From positions 1 through 63,364 of the IMG/VR virus record IMGVR_UViG_3300034141_000032: a stretch of DNA of 63,364 nucleotides; one strand, written 5' to 3'. Within the stretch, counting starts at the first letter, position 1. Every line of letters begins with the position of its first letter. Source of the DNA: a virus (taxonomy: Duplodnaviria; Caudoviricetes). A program made the position numbers and the translations under genes. The notes under the pieces are model-generated. The model was not told the origin of the DNA. It saw nothing but the letters and a program-made list of their open reading frames with translations, and made no database searches. Below, piece by piece: positions 9,702 to 18,862 of this stretch.

Positions 9702-11614
9702 TAACGACAAACCACCCCATCACTTTCGGTAGTGTGTGCTCGGGTATCGAGGCGGTCAGCGTCGCCGTCGAGCCGCTGGGCTGGCAGGCCGTTTGGCTCG
9801 CCGAGATAGAGCCGTCCCCGGCCATAGTGCTGCACCATCACTATCAATCCGGGCGCCCGCTGCACATGCCCGACCCTGACGAGCGCGACCTGGACGAGGA
9901 TGACCGGAAAGCGCGCCGTGCTGCCATCCGCGCCGTGGCCTGGCTGCCGCAGGTGACGACCGGCCCGCGCAACCTGGGCGACTTCACCCGGATTGCCAAC
10001 ATGGTCAGGAACGGTCTCGTCGCGGCACCCGATGTCCTGGTCGGTGGCACCCCTTGCCAAGCATTTTCAATCGCCGGCCTTCGCGCTGGACTTTCTGACG
10101 CGCGCGGCGCGCTCACCCTTGCCTTCGTGGAGCTGGCCAATGCAATTGATGCAACTCGATCTGTTTGCGGAGATGATCCCGCCGTTATCTGGTGGGAAAA
10201 CGTACCAGGCGTCCTCAGTTCCAAAGACAATGCCTTCGGCTGCTTTATTGGAGCGCTTGCCGGCGAAGATTGTGAGCTCGTCGCGCCAGGGGGTAAATGG
10301 CCAAACGCTGGTGTTGTTTATGGACCCCAAAGGGCAGTCGCGTGGCGGGTCACAGATGCCCAATATTTCGGAGTGGCCCAACGACGCCGCCGTGTGTTCG
10401 TTGTCGCAAGTGCTCGAGAAGGGTTCGATCCCGCAGAAGTACTTTTTGAGTTCGATGGCATGCGCCGGGATTCTGCGCCGAGCCGAGAAGCGGGGCAAGA
10501 AGTTGCCGGAACAATTAGCTCGCGCACTACTGGCGGTGGCGGACTCGGCACTGATTTCGAGTGTACTGGAGGACTGCAGCCGGTCGGATCAGGAAATGCT
10601 GACAGTGTAGTGTCCACCCTGGACGCTTCTTATGGGCGTCTTCAAGGCTGTAGCGGGCAGGACGCGAACCATGGGCATAGCCACCTGGTTCCAATTGCGT
10701 TTGGCGGCAACAATACAAGCGGCCCGATTGATGTAGCGCCAGGCTTGAACGCTAATCGTGGCTGCCACAATCCTGGCGACTTTGAAAGCGGGGCGCTACT
10801 GATCCAGCCAGCGCTCTCTGTGGCACTGCGAGGCCGCGATGGCGGTGCAACCGCCGAACTTGGCGGCGAAGTAGCTGGCACGCTTCGTGCAAGCGGCGGC
10901 GGCGGCGGCGATAAGGCGCATGTGCTCGCACCTGTAATTGGATTCAACGCCCAGCAAGATCCTGATTCTTGGATTGATCGCGCCGGGCCGCTGGCGGTCA
11001 ACTCTACCCAGGCACAGGCCGTTTGCTTCTCAAGCAAGGACCACGGCGCTGACGCGACCGTCGAGCTCGCGCCAACCATGCGCGCCATGGGGCACAGCGG
11101 CAGCCACCCGAACGGAGGCGGGCAACTCGCCGTGTGCATTACCGGCGATATCACCCACACCCTCAAGGCCGAAGGCTTCGACGCCAGCGAAGATGGCACC
11201 GGGCGCGGCCAGCCTATTGTTGGAGTGGATCTGGCGCACACTCTTGCGGCAGCCAGAGGCGCCGCATGTTCTCTGGACCCGTCCAGGGAGACATTCCCGA
11301 TCAATAACATGGCTGTCCGCCGCCTCACCCCGCCCGAGTGTGAGCGCCTACAGTCATTCCCAGACAATTACACCCTGGTTCCCATCGCGAAGGTCACGAA
11401 GGCGCGTGCCGAGGCAATTCTGGCAGCAGGCGACCCGGCCGTCCTGATCGGCGACCAGTGGTGGAAGCAGTCCGCCGACGGCCCGCGCTACAAGGCGCTC
11501 GGCAATTCTATGTGCGTCTTCAACATGCGCTGGATCGGGCGCCGCATCGATGCGCGTTTGCGTGCATCAACTGGTTCGATATCCACACCACTTACAACAA
11601 AGGCAACCGCATGA
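9698..11614 (+). CDS. DNA (cytosine-5) methyltransferase with a long variable region
   Basis: FGSVCSGIEA (I), GGTPCQAFS (IV), WENVPG (VI), AQRRRRVF (VIII), RRLTPPECERLQSFP (IX), YKALGNS (X). Confidence 0.93.
   Translation: MITTNHPITFGSVCSGIEAVSVAVEPLGWQAVWLAEIEPSPAIVLHHHYQSGRPLHMPDPDERDLDEDDRKARRAAIRAVAWLPQVTTGPRNLGDFTRIANMVRNGLVAAPDVLVGGTPCQAFSIAGLRAGLSDARGALTLAFVELANAIDATRSVCGDDPAVIWWENVPGVLSSKDNAFGCFIGALAGEDCELVAPGGKWPNAGVVYGPQRAVAWRVTDAQYFGVAQRRRRVFVVASAREGFDPAEVLFEFDGMRRDSAPSREAGQEVAGTISSRTTGGGGLGTDFECTGGLQPVGSGNADSVVSTLDASYGRLQGCSGQDANHGHSHLVPIAFGGNNTSGPIDVAPGLNANRGCHNPGDFESGALLIQPALSVALRGRDGGATAELGGEVAGTLRASGGGGGDKAHVLAPVIGFNAQQDPDSWIDRAGPLAVNSTQAQAVCFSSKDHGADATVELAPTMRAMGHSGSHPNGGGQLAVCITGDITHTLKAEGFDASEDGTGRGQPIVGVDLAHTLAAARGAACSLDPSRETFPINNMAVRRLTPPECERLQSFPDNYTLVPIAKVTKARAEAILAAGDPAVLIGDQWWKQSADGPRYKALGNSMCVFNMRWIGRRIDARLRASTGSISTPLTTKATA
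10140..10610 (+). CDS. Overprinted +1-frame protein, similar to the M.EcoHK31I beta polypeptide
   Basis: GGAG RBS then ATG; SEWPNDAAVCSLSQVLE..KYFLSSMACAGILRRAEKRGKKLPEQL; host frame has A/T-rich third positions here. Confidence 0.75.
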   Translation: MQLMQLDLFAEMIPPLSGGKTYQASSVPKTMPSAALLERLPAKIVSSSRQGVNGQTLVLFMDPKGQSRGGSQMPNISEWPNDAAVCSLSQVLEKGSIPQKYFLSSMACAGILRRAEKRGKKLPEQLARALLAVADSALISSVLEDCSRSDQEMLTV

Positions 11615-12732
11615 GCATCATTCACGTCGTATCCGTATCGGGCGGAAAGGACAGCGCCGCCACCCTGCTGCTGGCGATCGAGCGCTTCGGTGCCGACCGG
11701 GTGCGGGGGATCTTCTGCGATACCGGCAACGAGCACGAGGCCGTCTACGCGTACCTGGATTATCTGGAGCGGGCGACTGGCGTCACCATCACACGGCTCA
11801 CTGCCAGCTTTGCCGACGAGATCGCCCGCAAACGCATGTTCATCGCGCGCGACCAGCGCACACGCCGCATTTACAAGCGTGGCCCTAAATTTGACCTGGC
11901 CGGCAACCCAATATGGATCAAAAACAAGGACGGAACAGTCCGGCAATTCCCCGTGTACGAGATTGATGCGCAAGGTTTTCCTACTGCATGGATAACTCAC
12001 TACGAGCCAAGACAGGTTGTGGGATCGGACGGCGGAACAAAGGCTCGCTGGACGAACAAGGCCAAACGCCGCGCCCTGGCCGTCCTGCACCCAACCGGCA
12101 ATCCTTACCTGGACCTGTGCCTGTGGAAGGGTAGGTTCCCGTCGCGTAAGGCACAGTTTTGCACCGAGCACCTGAAGCGCAATATGGCCGTCGACTTCCA
12201 GCTCGGCTTAATCGACGAAGGTAACACCGTCGTGAGCTGGCAGGGCGTGCGCCGCGATGAATCGATGAACCGGCGCAATGCGAAGAAGTATGAGGCGGTC
12301 GGCGGCCGCCTGCACATCTTCCGTCCGCTGGTCGAATGGTCCGCCATGGATGTGTTCGATTATTGCCGCTCCAAAGGCATCGACCCAAACCCGCTGTACA
12401 AGCAGGGCATGGGCCGCGTCGGCTGTATGCCGTGCATTAATGCGAATAAGGGCGAACTCAAGGAAATTGCCGCGCGCTTTCCCGAACACATTTCCAGAAT
12501 TTCGGAATGGGAAGCCTTGGTCGGACAGGCCAGTAAACGAAGCGCCGCAACCTTTATCCCAGCCCCCTGGCGCGGCACCGAGGCCAACAACAAGCAGGAG
12601 CACGCCAGGGAAAATGACATCTACGCAGTCATTGAATGGGCGCAGACCAGCCACGGCGGCAAGCAGTTTTCCCTTTTAACCGCGCTGGACGAGCCGACGG
12701 CCTGCGCATCTGCTTACGGGCTTTGCGAATGA
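11611..12732 (+). CDS. PAPS-reductase-family (PP-loop) protein
   Basis: VSVSGGKDS, DTGNEH, FCTEHLK, QGVRRDES..R, PLVEWS, NPLY..GMGRVGCMPC. Confidence 0.9.
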   Translation: MSIIHVVSVSGGKDSAATLLLAIERFGADRVRGIFCDTGNEHEAVYAYLDYLERATGVTITRLTASFADEIARKRMFIARDQRTRRIYKRGPKFDLAGNPIWIKNKDGTVRQFPVYEIDAQGFPTAWITHYEPRQVVGSDGGTKARWTNKAKRRALAVLHPTGNPYLDLCLWKGRFPSRKAQFCTEHLKRNMAVDFQLGLIDEGNTVVSWQGVRRDESMNRRNAKKYEAVGGRLHIFRPLVEWSAMDVFDYCRSKGIDPNPLYKQGMGRVGCMPCINANKGELKEIAARFPEHISRISEWEALVGQASKRSAATFIPAPWRGTEANNKQEHARENDIYAVIEWAQTSHGGKQFSLLTALDEPTACASAYGLCE

Positions 12733-12977
12733 ACACCTATACCTACAGTTTCACGCGGCACTGCCCGAACAACGAACTGGTGATCAGCTACTCGCTGACT
12801 ATCGAGGCGCATCACACCATCATGGTCGAGAAGATCGTGCGCACGGTGAAGCGCCTGCCGTACCGCGCCTATCACGAGGAGATCGCCGACACACTGGCCG
12901 TCCTGCTGCCGGGTGTACAGACCTTACGCGCGCATCACCATGGCGTGGATGTCATGACCGTCCGGGGTGGCGCATGA
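12729..12977 (+). CDS. Small QueF-like (T-fold) protein, 82 aa
   Basis: FTRHCP (catalytic-Cys-like), MVEKI, YHEEIAD, HHGV pattern resembling the QueF F.S.CP / VE.K / FHE / RGG motifs. Confidence 0.55.
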   Translation: MNTYTYSFTRHCPNNELVISYSLTIEAHHTIMVEKIVRTVKRLPYRAYHEEIADTLAVLLPGVQTLRAHHHGVDVMTVRGGA

Positions 12978-13732
12978 TCCACTACCACGGCCTGCCGATC
13001 TGGCCGAACACGGCCGCCGCGCGCGCCATCGGGGGAGGGCATGCGTTCGTTTCCTTCCACCGACCCGAACAGCTCGGTCTGGTCCTGGAGACGGCGTCCA
13101 CGTTCGCGGTCGACAACGGCGCCTTCTCGGCCTGGAAAAGCGGCGAGCCGATCACGGACTGGCAACTGTTCTACGACTGGATCCAGGAGCTGCACCGTTA
13201 CCCGTCTTTCGACTTCGCGGTGATCCCCGACGTGATCGATGGAGACGAGGCGGCAAACGATGCCCTTCTGGACGCCTGGCCATGGCGCGTAGCGGCGCCG
13301 CACGTCGGTGCGCCCGTGTGGCACCTGCATGAGTCCTTGGAGCGCTTGGAGCGGCTGGCGCTGGCCTGGCCGCGCATCTGCCTGGGTAGCTCCGGCGACT
13401 ATGCCAGCATCGGCACGCCGGACTGGTGGAACCGCATGGCCGAGGCGATGGACGTGGTCTGCGACCGCGAGGGCCGGCCAGTGTGCAAGCTGCACGGCCT
13501 GCGCATGCTCAACCCGGATGTATTCACCCGCTTCCCGTTCGCATCGGCCGACAGCACCAACATCGCCCAGAACGTCGGTATCGATCAGAAATGGAAGGGC
13601 ACCTACCTGCCCGTGAACAAGGACGCGCGCGCCATGGTGCTGCGCGAGCGGATCGAGGCGCAGCAATCAATCACCTTCTGGAGCCGGGCAGCGAACCCGA
13701 TCCAGGAATCACTTTTCGGGGCAGTGGCATGA
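12974..13732 (+). CDS. TGT/DpdA-like guanine transglycosylase-fold protein
   Basis: VDNGAFS, IPDVI, PVWH, ICLGS, LHGLR and SADST in the order of the TGT-barrel motifs. Confidence 0.6.
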   Translation: MIHYHGLPIWPNTAAARAIGGGHAFVSFHRPEQLGLVLETASTFAVDNGAFSAWKSGEPITDWQLFYDWIQELHRYPSFDFAVIPDVIDGDEAANDALLDAWPWRVAAPHVGAPVWHLHESLERLERLALAWPRICLGSSGDYASIGTPDWWNRMAEAMDVVCDREGRPVCKLHGLRMLNPDVFTRFPFASADSTNIAQNVGIDQKWKGTYLPVNKDARAMVLRERIEAQQSITFWSRAANPIQESLFGAVA

Positions 13733-14595
13733 ATTATTATTCCCACCATATTGGCGACTTCGACCGCGCGACACGCCATTTGACCAGGCTCGAGCGCAGC
13801 ATCTATCGCGACCTGCTGGACGTCTATTATGACACCGAGGAGCCGTTGACCCTGGATCTGGCAGCGCTTTGCCGGAAGATCATCGCGCGTGGCAACGAGG
13901 AAGTAACGGCCGTTGAGCAGACGTTGAACGAGTTCTTCACGAAAACTCCAACGGGCTGGTATCACGAGCGCTGCGAGGAGGAGTTGGAAGCCTACAGGTC
14001 GTCTACCAGTCAGAAATCGGTCGCTGGCAAGGCTTCTGCTGCCAAAAGAGCATTAAAACGACAACAGGCGATGAACGGAATTCCAACGACCGTTGCAACG
14101 TCCGTTGAACAGCCGAGCAACGGCACTCCAACTAACCAAGAACCAATAACCAATAACCATAAACCAGAAGACAAAGACAAGGGCGCTGCCGCGCCCGATG
14201 GTTCGGCAGGGCAGGGGGATGCTGCCGGGGAGAAGCCCGCAAAAGCTGCCGCAATTGGCTTGCCCGACTGGATGCCGCTCGACGCCTGGGCCGGATACCT
14301 GGAGATGCGCAAGAAGCAGAAGAAGCCGCCGACCGCGCGCGCCGTGGAGCTGTTGATCGGCGTGCTGGGCAAGATGCGTGATGCTGGGCACGATGTAGCC
14401 TTGAGCCTGGATACGTCGACGAAGAACTGCTGGACCGACGTGTACGTGCCGCGGGGAGAGGATCGGCGCGGCTCGACGTCCGTAACCAGCGGCATGATGC
14501 GCCCGAACGGGACGGACCACACCAGCAGCGACGAAGCGATGAAGCAGAGCATGGCAAAGCACAACGTCAAAGTTGACGGCAACTTGGATTTTTGA
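13729..14595 (+). CDS. Replication initiator (YdaU/DUF1376 family)
   Basis: MNYYSHHIGDF..ATRHLT.LE..IYRDLLDVYYDTE; C-terminal LPDWMPLDAW..YLEMRK domain; upstream of the loader ATPase. Confidence 0.85.
   Translation: MNYYSHHIGDFDRATRHLTRLERSIYRDLLDVYYDTEEPLTLDLAALCRKIIARGNEEVTAVEQTLNEFFTKTPTGWYHERCEEELEAYRSSTSQKSVAGKASAAKRALKRQQAMNGIPTTVATSVEQPSNGTPTNQEPITNNHKPEDKDKGAAAPDGSAGQGDAAGEKPAKAAAIGLPDWMPLDAWAGYLEMRKKQKKPPTARAVELLIGVLGKMRDAGHDVALSLDTSTKNCWTDVYVPRGEDRRGSTSVTSGMMRPNGTDHTSSDEAMKQSMAKHNVKVDGNLDF
14084..14166. repeat. Putative replication origin (iterons plus AACCA-rich tract) within the initiator gene
   Basis: Tandem near-palindromes CAACGACCGTTG and CAACGTCCGTTG (14084-14107), then five AACCA units (14134-14166). 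Confidence 0.6.
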
Positions 14596-14604
14596 GGGGG
14601 TGGG

Positions 14605-15348
14605 ATGGAACAGATCGGCGAAATTCTGAAGGACTTCCGCGAGCGCGGCTTCAACGAGGTTGAGGGCACCTGCGAGAAGCACGGCGCCAGCAAGGCGCTG
14701 ATGATGGGCGGCGAGCCCTGGCGCTGCGGCAAGTGCCTGGAAGCCGCTATGGCGGCCGATACGCGCGAGCAATGGCTTGCCGAGCGCAACAAGACCCTGG
14801 TGCAGATCGCGCACCTGCCGGCGAAGTTCATGGGCAAGACCTGGCCGGCCGGCACCGACGAGCAAAAGGCGGCGCGCGCCATGGTTCGCACGTTCTGGAA
14901 TTTCTTCGTCAGCGGCAAGGCATGGGGCGCGCTGATATTTATCGGCAAGACTGGCACCGGCAAGACATGGCTGGCTACCGAGTTCGCAGAGTCGCTGATC
15001 CGCAAACTGTCGAAGTCGGTGCGCTACGTGACGGCTCAGGGCATCGTCAGCGAGATCCAGGCGTCCTACGGCAAGGACGGCAAGAGCGAGGAGTCGGAAA
15101 TCGATCGCTTCGTGCAGTACGACCTGCTGATCATCGACGAGATCGACGTTAAACGGAACACCGACAATGCGAACCTGCTACTGACCGAGGTCATCAACCG
15201 GCGCTACAGCAACGAGAAGCCGGTGCTGGTCATCACCAACCAGGCGCTGGACAACCTGGAGCAGTTCGTCGGTGATCGCGTGTTCAGCAGGCTTCACGAG
15301 AACGCCTTCGTTTGCTCGTTCGGGTGGCCTGACTTCCGGCGCGGGTAG
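14605..15348 (+). CDS. DnaC/IstB-like helicase-loader ATPase
   Basis: Walker A GKTGTGKT, Walker B LLIIDE, INRRY..KP.LVITN, RVFSRL. Confidence 0.92.
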   Translation: MEQIGEILKDFRERGFNEVEGTCEKHGASKALMMGGEPWRCGKCLEAAMAADTREQWLAERNKTLVQIAHLPAKFMGKTWPAGTDEQKAARAMVRTFWNFFVSGKAWGALIFIGKTGTGKTWLATEFAESLIRKLSKSVRYVTAQGIVSEIQASYGKDGKSEESEIDRFVQYDLLIIDEIDVKRNTDNANLLLTEVINRRYSNEKPVLVITNQALDNLEQFVGDRVFSRLHENAFVCSFGWPDFRRG

Positions 15349-15472
15349 CGATGCTATTGTCATCTAACATTCGATAGCGACAATCAATCCACGCATCGGT
15401 GCTTATCGGTAATAATGACAACAGCATTAAACGAATAGCCAGTCGTCGGCTGGCAACTAACCAGGGAGCATC

Positions 15473-16168
15473 ATGGAACAACTTAAACAAGCCGTAGCAG
15501 CAGCATTTGACAACGTGGTCGCCAGCGGCGCGATCGAGGCAGCCATCGAGAAGCAGCTGGCCAGCACCATCGAATCCCTCGTCAGGGACCAGTTCACCCG
15601 CTACGGCGACTTCGGTAAGGCCCTTGAGGCGAAGGTGTCCGAGCTCGTGCAGATCGACCTGGTTGCAATCGACATGCCATCCTACAGCGACCTGGTCGGC
15701 AAGATCATCAAGCGCCAGGTCGAGGCCAGCATGCAGGGCCCGTTCGCGGTCAAGCTGGAGAAGAACATCGCCAGCCTGCTCGAAGTGGCGCCGGCAGAGA
15801 TCACGCTGGAGAAGCTGCTCGACAGCTTCGTCGAGCACAACAAGGACTATTGCGGCGACGGCCGCATGTGGGGCAAGCCATTCACGCTGCACATCGAAGA
15901 TCGCGACCGCGACTTCGTCGACATCTACCTGGACAAGGAAGAGCGCACGCCGAAGCAGGACTGCGAGATCAAGTTCAGCTTGTACGCTGGCAAGGTCTAT
16001 AACGTGAAATTCGGCCACAAGGACATGGAGAAGACCTTGTTCACCGGCGGCATCTACAATTTCGAGCGCGAGCTGTTCCAACTGTTCACGGCGCAGAGCC
16101 GGCTGATCGTCCCAGTCGACGCTCACCCGGACGACTTCGAGACCACGTTCCCGGATCCATCGGAATAA
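15473..16168 (+). CDS. Hypothetical phage protein
   Basis: 231 aa, GGGAG RBS, high GC3. Confidence 0.8.
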   Translation: MEQLKQAVAAAFDNVVASGAIEAAIEKQLASTIESLVRDQFTRYGDFGKALEAKVSELVQIDLVAIDMPSYSDLVGKIIKRQVEASMQGPFAVKLEKNIASLLEVAPAEITLEKLLDSFVEHNKDYCGDGRMWGKPFTLHIEDRDRDFVDIYLDKEERTPKQDCEIKFSLYAGKVYNVKFGHKDMEKTLFTGGIYNFERELFQLFTAQSRLIVPVDAHPDDFETTFPDPSE

Positions 16169-16233
16169 ACACCACCGCCCCGGCCCAGCTGGGGCGCCAC
16201 CGCGCTGGCCTGGCCGGCGCACGAAAGGAATGT

Positions 16234-16476
16234 ATGTACCTCACTGCCGATGGAAAAAATGAATGCCGACTGCTCGACGAGAATGGCCTGACAGTATGCA
16301 CAGCCGGCAACGTAGCGGACGCAGCAGAGATAGTTACCGCCTGCAACGCGCACGACAAGCTGGTCGCGGCCCTGCAAATGGGCCTGGCGGATGCCGAAAA
16401 ATTCCCGCTACATCTCCGTAACACGAAGGTTTGCGAAGCGATGCGCCTCGCCTTGAGCGCAGCAGGTGCCGCATGA
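16234..16476 (+). CDS. Hypothetical protein
   Basis: AAGGA RBS; IVTACNAHDKLVAAL motif. Confidence 0.7.
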   Translation: MYLTADGKNECRLLDENGLTVCTAGNVADAAEIVTACNAHDKLVAALQMGLADAEKFPLHLRNTKVCEAMRLALSAAGAA

Positions 16477-16667
16477 TCGCGCTGCTTTGCATGCTGATCA
16501 AGGTTCTGCTGGCGCCCTTCACCGCGCTGGGCCTGGCCTTCGATGTCGCCTTCGGCAGCACGACCGGCACCGAAGCATGGGAATGGCTTGGCGATAACGA
16601 GTGGTTCGGCCTGGCAATGGTCGTGCACATGTTCCTGATCGCTGGCGCCATAGAGGTGCTGCTGTGA
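16473..16667 (+). CDS. Small membrane protein
   Basis: Two hydrophobic segments; ATGA overlap. Confidence 0.6.
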   Translation: MIALLCMLIKVLLAPFTALGLAFDVAFGSTTGTEAWEWLGDNEWFGLAMVVHMFLIAGAIEVLL

Positions 16668-16879
16668 TCCGCTGGTTCAAGCGCATGCGGCTCGAGGCCG
16701 AGATAGCCGGCTGGGAAGCTGATCTGTCCACCATCGCCGAGCAGCGCAAAAACGACGATGCGGCCGAAGAAGTGATCACGCACCAGCTCGCGCGCGCCCG
16801 GCGCCGCCTGCAGGGCCAGATCCAAGACGACGTGAACCGCGCGACGGCCGCCAACGTGCGCCGCATGAAATTCAAATAA
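16664..16879 (+). CDS. Hypothetical protein
   Basis: GTG start overlapping the upstream stop; coiled-coil-like. Confidence 0.6.
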   Translation: MIRWFKRMRLEAEIAGWEADLSTIAEQRKNDDAAEEVITHQLARARRRLQGQIQDDVNRATAANVRRMKFK

Positions 16880-16889
16880 CGGGAGATGT

Positions 16890-17492
16890 ATGGACAACAA
16901 TCAAAAAAGCGACAGCGCAGTGGACGCGGCAACGCAGAACCTAGAACTGGTCATTGCCCGGCTGGAGCAGATCATTGACACAGAGGGGCAGTACGCTGAC
17001 AATTTGGTGGATCTGGCAAAAGATGCACTGCCGTGCGCGCTGTCCATTCGCGCCGCTCGCCAAGTGCCTGCCGCCGACAGCCCGCCCATAGACATGATCC
17101 TGCATTGCCCAGCCTGCCACTTGCAGCACATCGACGCGCCCGACGAGCGCACACCCGACTGGAAGAACGCGCCGCACCGCTCGCACTTGTGCCACGGCTG
17201 CGGCCACATCTGGCGGCCTGCTGATGTGCCGACCAACGGCGTGCAAGCGATTGCCACCAAAGGCAAAGCCGACAGTCCTGCCGCTGTGCCGCAATCGATA
17301 GCGGCGCCGGAAGGCGCGGCGAAAGATGCGGCGCGGTATCGCTGGCTGCGCGACAAGAGCGAGCCTGGCATCTGCGCGTTTTACCTGTCGGTGGGCCAAG
17401 CATTTCATCAGGTCAAGTTCAAGCCCGAGACGGTGGATGACGCTATCGACGCTCAAATCGCTGCCACCCCAGCCAAAGGAGAAACACAATGA
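16890..17492 (+). CDS. Hypothetical zinc-binding protein
   Basis: PIDMILHCPACHLQHIDAP...HRSHLCHGCGHIWRP; KDAARYRWLRD motif. Confidence 0.75.
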   Translation: MDNNQKSDSAVDAATQNLELVIARLEQIIDTEGQYADNLVDLAKDALPCALSIRAARQVPAADSPPIDMILHCPACHLQHIDAPDERTPDWKNAPHRSHLCHGCGHIWRPADVPTNGVQAIATKGKADSPAAVPQSIAAPEGAAKDAARYRWLRDKSEPGICAFYLSVGQAFHQVKFKPETVDDAIDAQIAATPAKGETQ

Positions 17493-17797
17493 ACTGCGAT
17501 TGCATCAAAGACATTGAGAGCAAGATAGCCGTCTTCATGCGTCCCAAGGCCGGCGACGATGCCGAGGCACGCATCTTGAATACGGCGCTGATGGTGACGG
17601 AAACGTCGCTGGTATCGGTGCTGCAAATCCCTTTCCGCATTAAGGGCAGCAAGAAGGGCTACACCAGCGAGAAGGGCAAGGAAATGGGCTGCAACGCCTC
17701 CCACTGCCCGTTCTGTGGCCGCACGACCGGGCGCTACACGGTGGGCGCTGACGCCGGCCTGGATGCTGTTTTCCCCACCCAAGGAGAGACAGCGTGA
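17489..17797 (+). CDS. Hypothetical zinc-ribbon protein
   Basis: MNCDC...HCPFCG; AAGGAG RBS. Confidence 0.75.
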   Translation: MNCDCIKDIESKIAVFMRPKAGDDAEARILNTALMVTETSLVSVLQIPFRIKGSKKGYTSEKGKEMGCNASHCPFCGRTTGRYTVGADAGLDAVFPTQGETA

Positions 17798-18195
17798 GCG
17801 CCGAGGACTATGACGACGTTCCCGGCTTTGGTTCAGGTTTTGGTGGAGGATTTAGTCATGCTCAACCGAAGCAATACACCTGCAATTTTTGCAGGCAGCC
17901 GATTAACTTTAAAAACCGCAAGGCGCACAACAAGGATGGCTCGCTGCATCGCTGCAAAAGCGCCGCGCCTAGTGGCGTGCCAAAGCTGCCAGAGCACGAC
18001 AAACATCAGGCCACGTTATTTGCCATGGCTGCGATAAATGCAATTATCAATGCATCCATACAGTCCGCAGGCGTGGACTACATTCACTCGATGAATTTTT
18101 ACGATGTTGCTGACGCGGCATGGCGCGTGTCTGCCGCCATGGTTAGCAAGGAAAAAGCGTTCGCTGACGAGTACGGAAGGGCGGGCGATCTATGA
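17794..18195 (+). CDS. Hypothetical protein
   Basis: GTG start with AGGAG RBS; CNFC...HRC. Confidence 0.65.
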   Translation: MSAEDYDDVPGFGSGFGGGFSHAQPKQYTCNFCRQPINFKNRKAHNKDGSLHRCKSAAPSGVPKLPEHDKHQATLFAMAAINAIINASIQSAGVDYIHSMNFYDVADAAWRVSAAMVSKEKAFADEYGRAGDL

Positions 18196-18404
18196 ATCGG
18201 CGCATCGATCCGGAAGCGCCTGGCGTGGTGCACTGGCCGCAAATCTGGCGCAGCCTGCGCACCAGCCGCAAGTGCAAAGCCGTGCCAGGCGAAGACTGGC
18301 TGTGTTCCGGCATCGAATGGGACGTGGATACAGGCTACTGCCTGGACCGCTTCAGCACGAACGCCGAGCTGGCCGAACAACGCAAGAGACCTGCTGCCGG
18401 ATAG
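18192..18404 (+). CDS. Hypothetical protein
   Basis: 70 aa, ATGA overlap. Confidence 0.5.
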   Translation: MNRRIDPEAPGVVHWPQIWRSLRTSRKCKAVPGEDWLCSGIEWDVDTGYCLDRFSTNAELAEQRKRPAAG

Positions 18405-18426
18405 GCAGTGCATCGAAAGCATCAAT

Positions 18427-18517
18427 GGAAGTGTGGCCGAGTGGTAAGGCAGCCGGTTTGAACCCGGTAGGCGGCTTCACAAACCGCCCGCGGGTTCGAT
18501 TCCCGCCGCTTCCGCCA
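18427..18517 (+). tRNA. tRNA-Ser (anticodon TGA)
   Basis: Acceptor GGAAGTG/CGCTTCC, D-loop GAGTGGTAA, anticodon arm GCCGG-TTTGAAC-CCGGT, long variable arm, T-arm GCGGG-TTCGATT-CCCGC, discriminator G plus encoded CCA. Confidence 0.92.
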
Positions 18518-18862
18518 TCAAGAACGCAGCCAGGACACGATCTCCACCGTGTTATCGTCGAGCATTCGCACGCAAGCTTCGCAAACAGTGCTGCAGGCCA
18601 TCGACGGCGCTATGCCAAGCAACACCAGGGCGGCACCACCCATCTCAAAGAAGCGTTCAGGGTAGGGGAAGCACATCGGTTCGCGGCCATCGAGCGCCGC
18701 TTCGATCCTGGCTTCGGCCAGCGTGATCACTGAAGCGTGCAGGAGCCGGTCAACACCGTTCCCCATGTTTCGCACGATCAACTTCAGTGCATGGGTCAGG
18801 CAAAGCGCATCATGTAGCGGCTCTAACGAGCCGATAGCCTTTGTAGCCCCGGTAACGAACAT
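18518..18862 (-). CDS. Hypothetical protein, opposite orientation (moron-like)
   Basis: 114 aa, GAGG RBS, AT-rich upstream region, fills an otherwise empty gap. Confidence 0.45.
   Translation of the reverse strand: MFVTGATKAIGSLEPLHDALCLTHALKLIVRNMGNGVDRLLHASVITLAEARIEAALDGREPMCFPYPERFFEMGGAALVLLGIAPSMACSTVCEACVRMLDDNTVEIVSWLRS

Noticed and set aside
18427-18517. TGA in the anticodon loop read as a suppressor or selenocysteine tRNA, or the tRNA as attP
   Set aside because: Anticodon TGA reads the Ser codon UCA; genes end normally at TGA/TAA/TAG; the integrase-adjacent dusA fragment is the better attP
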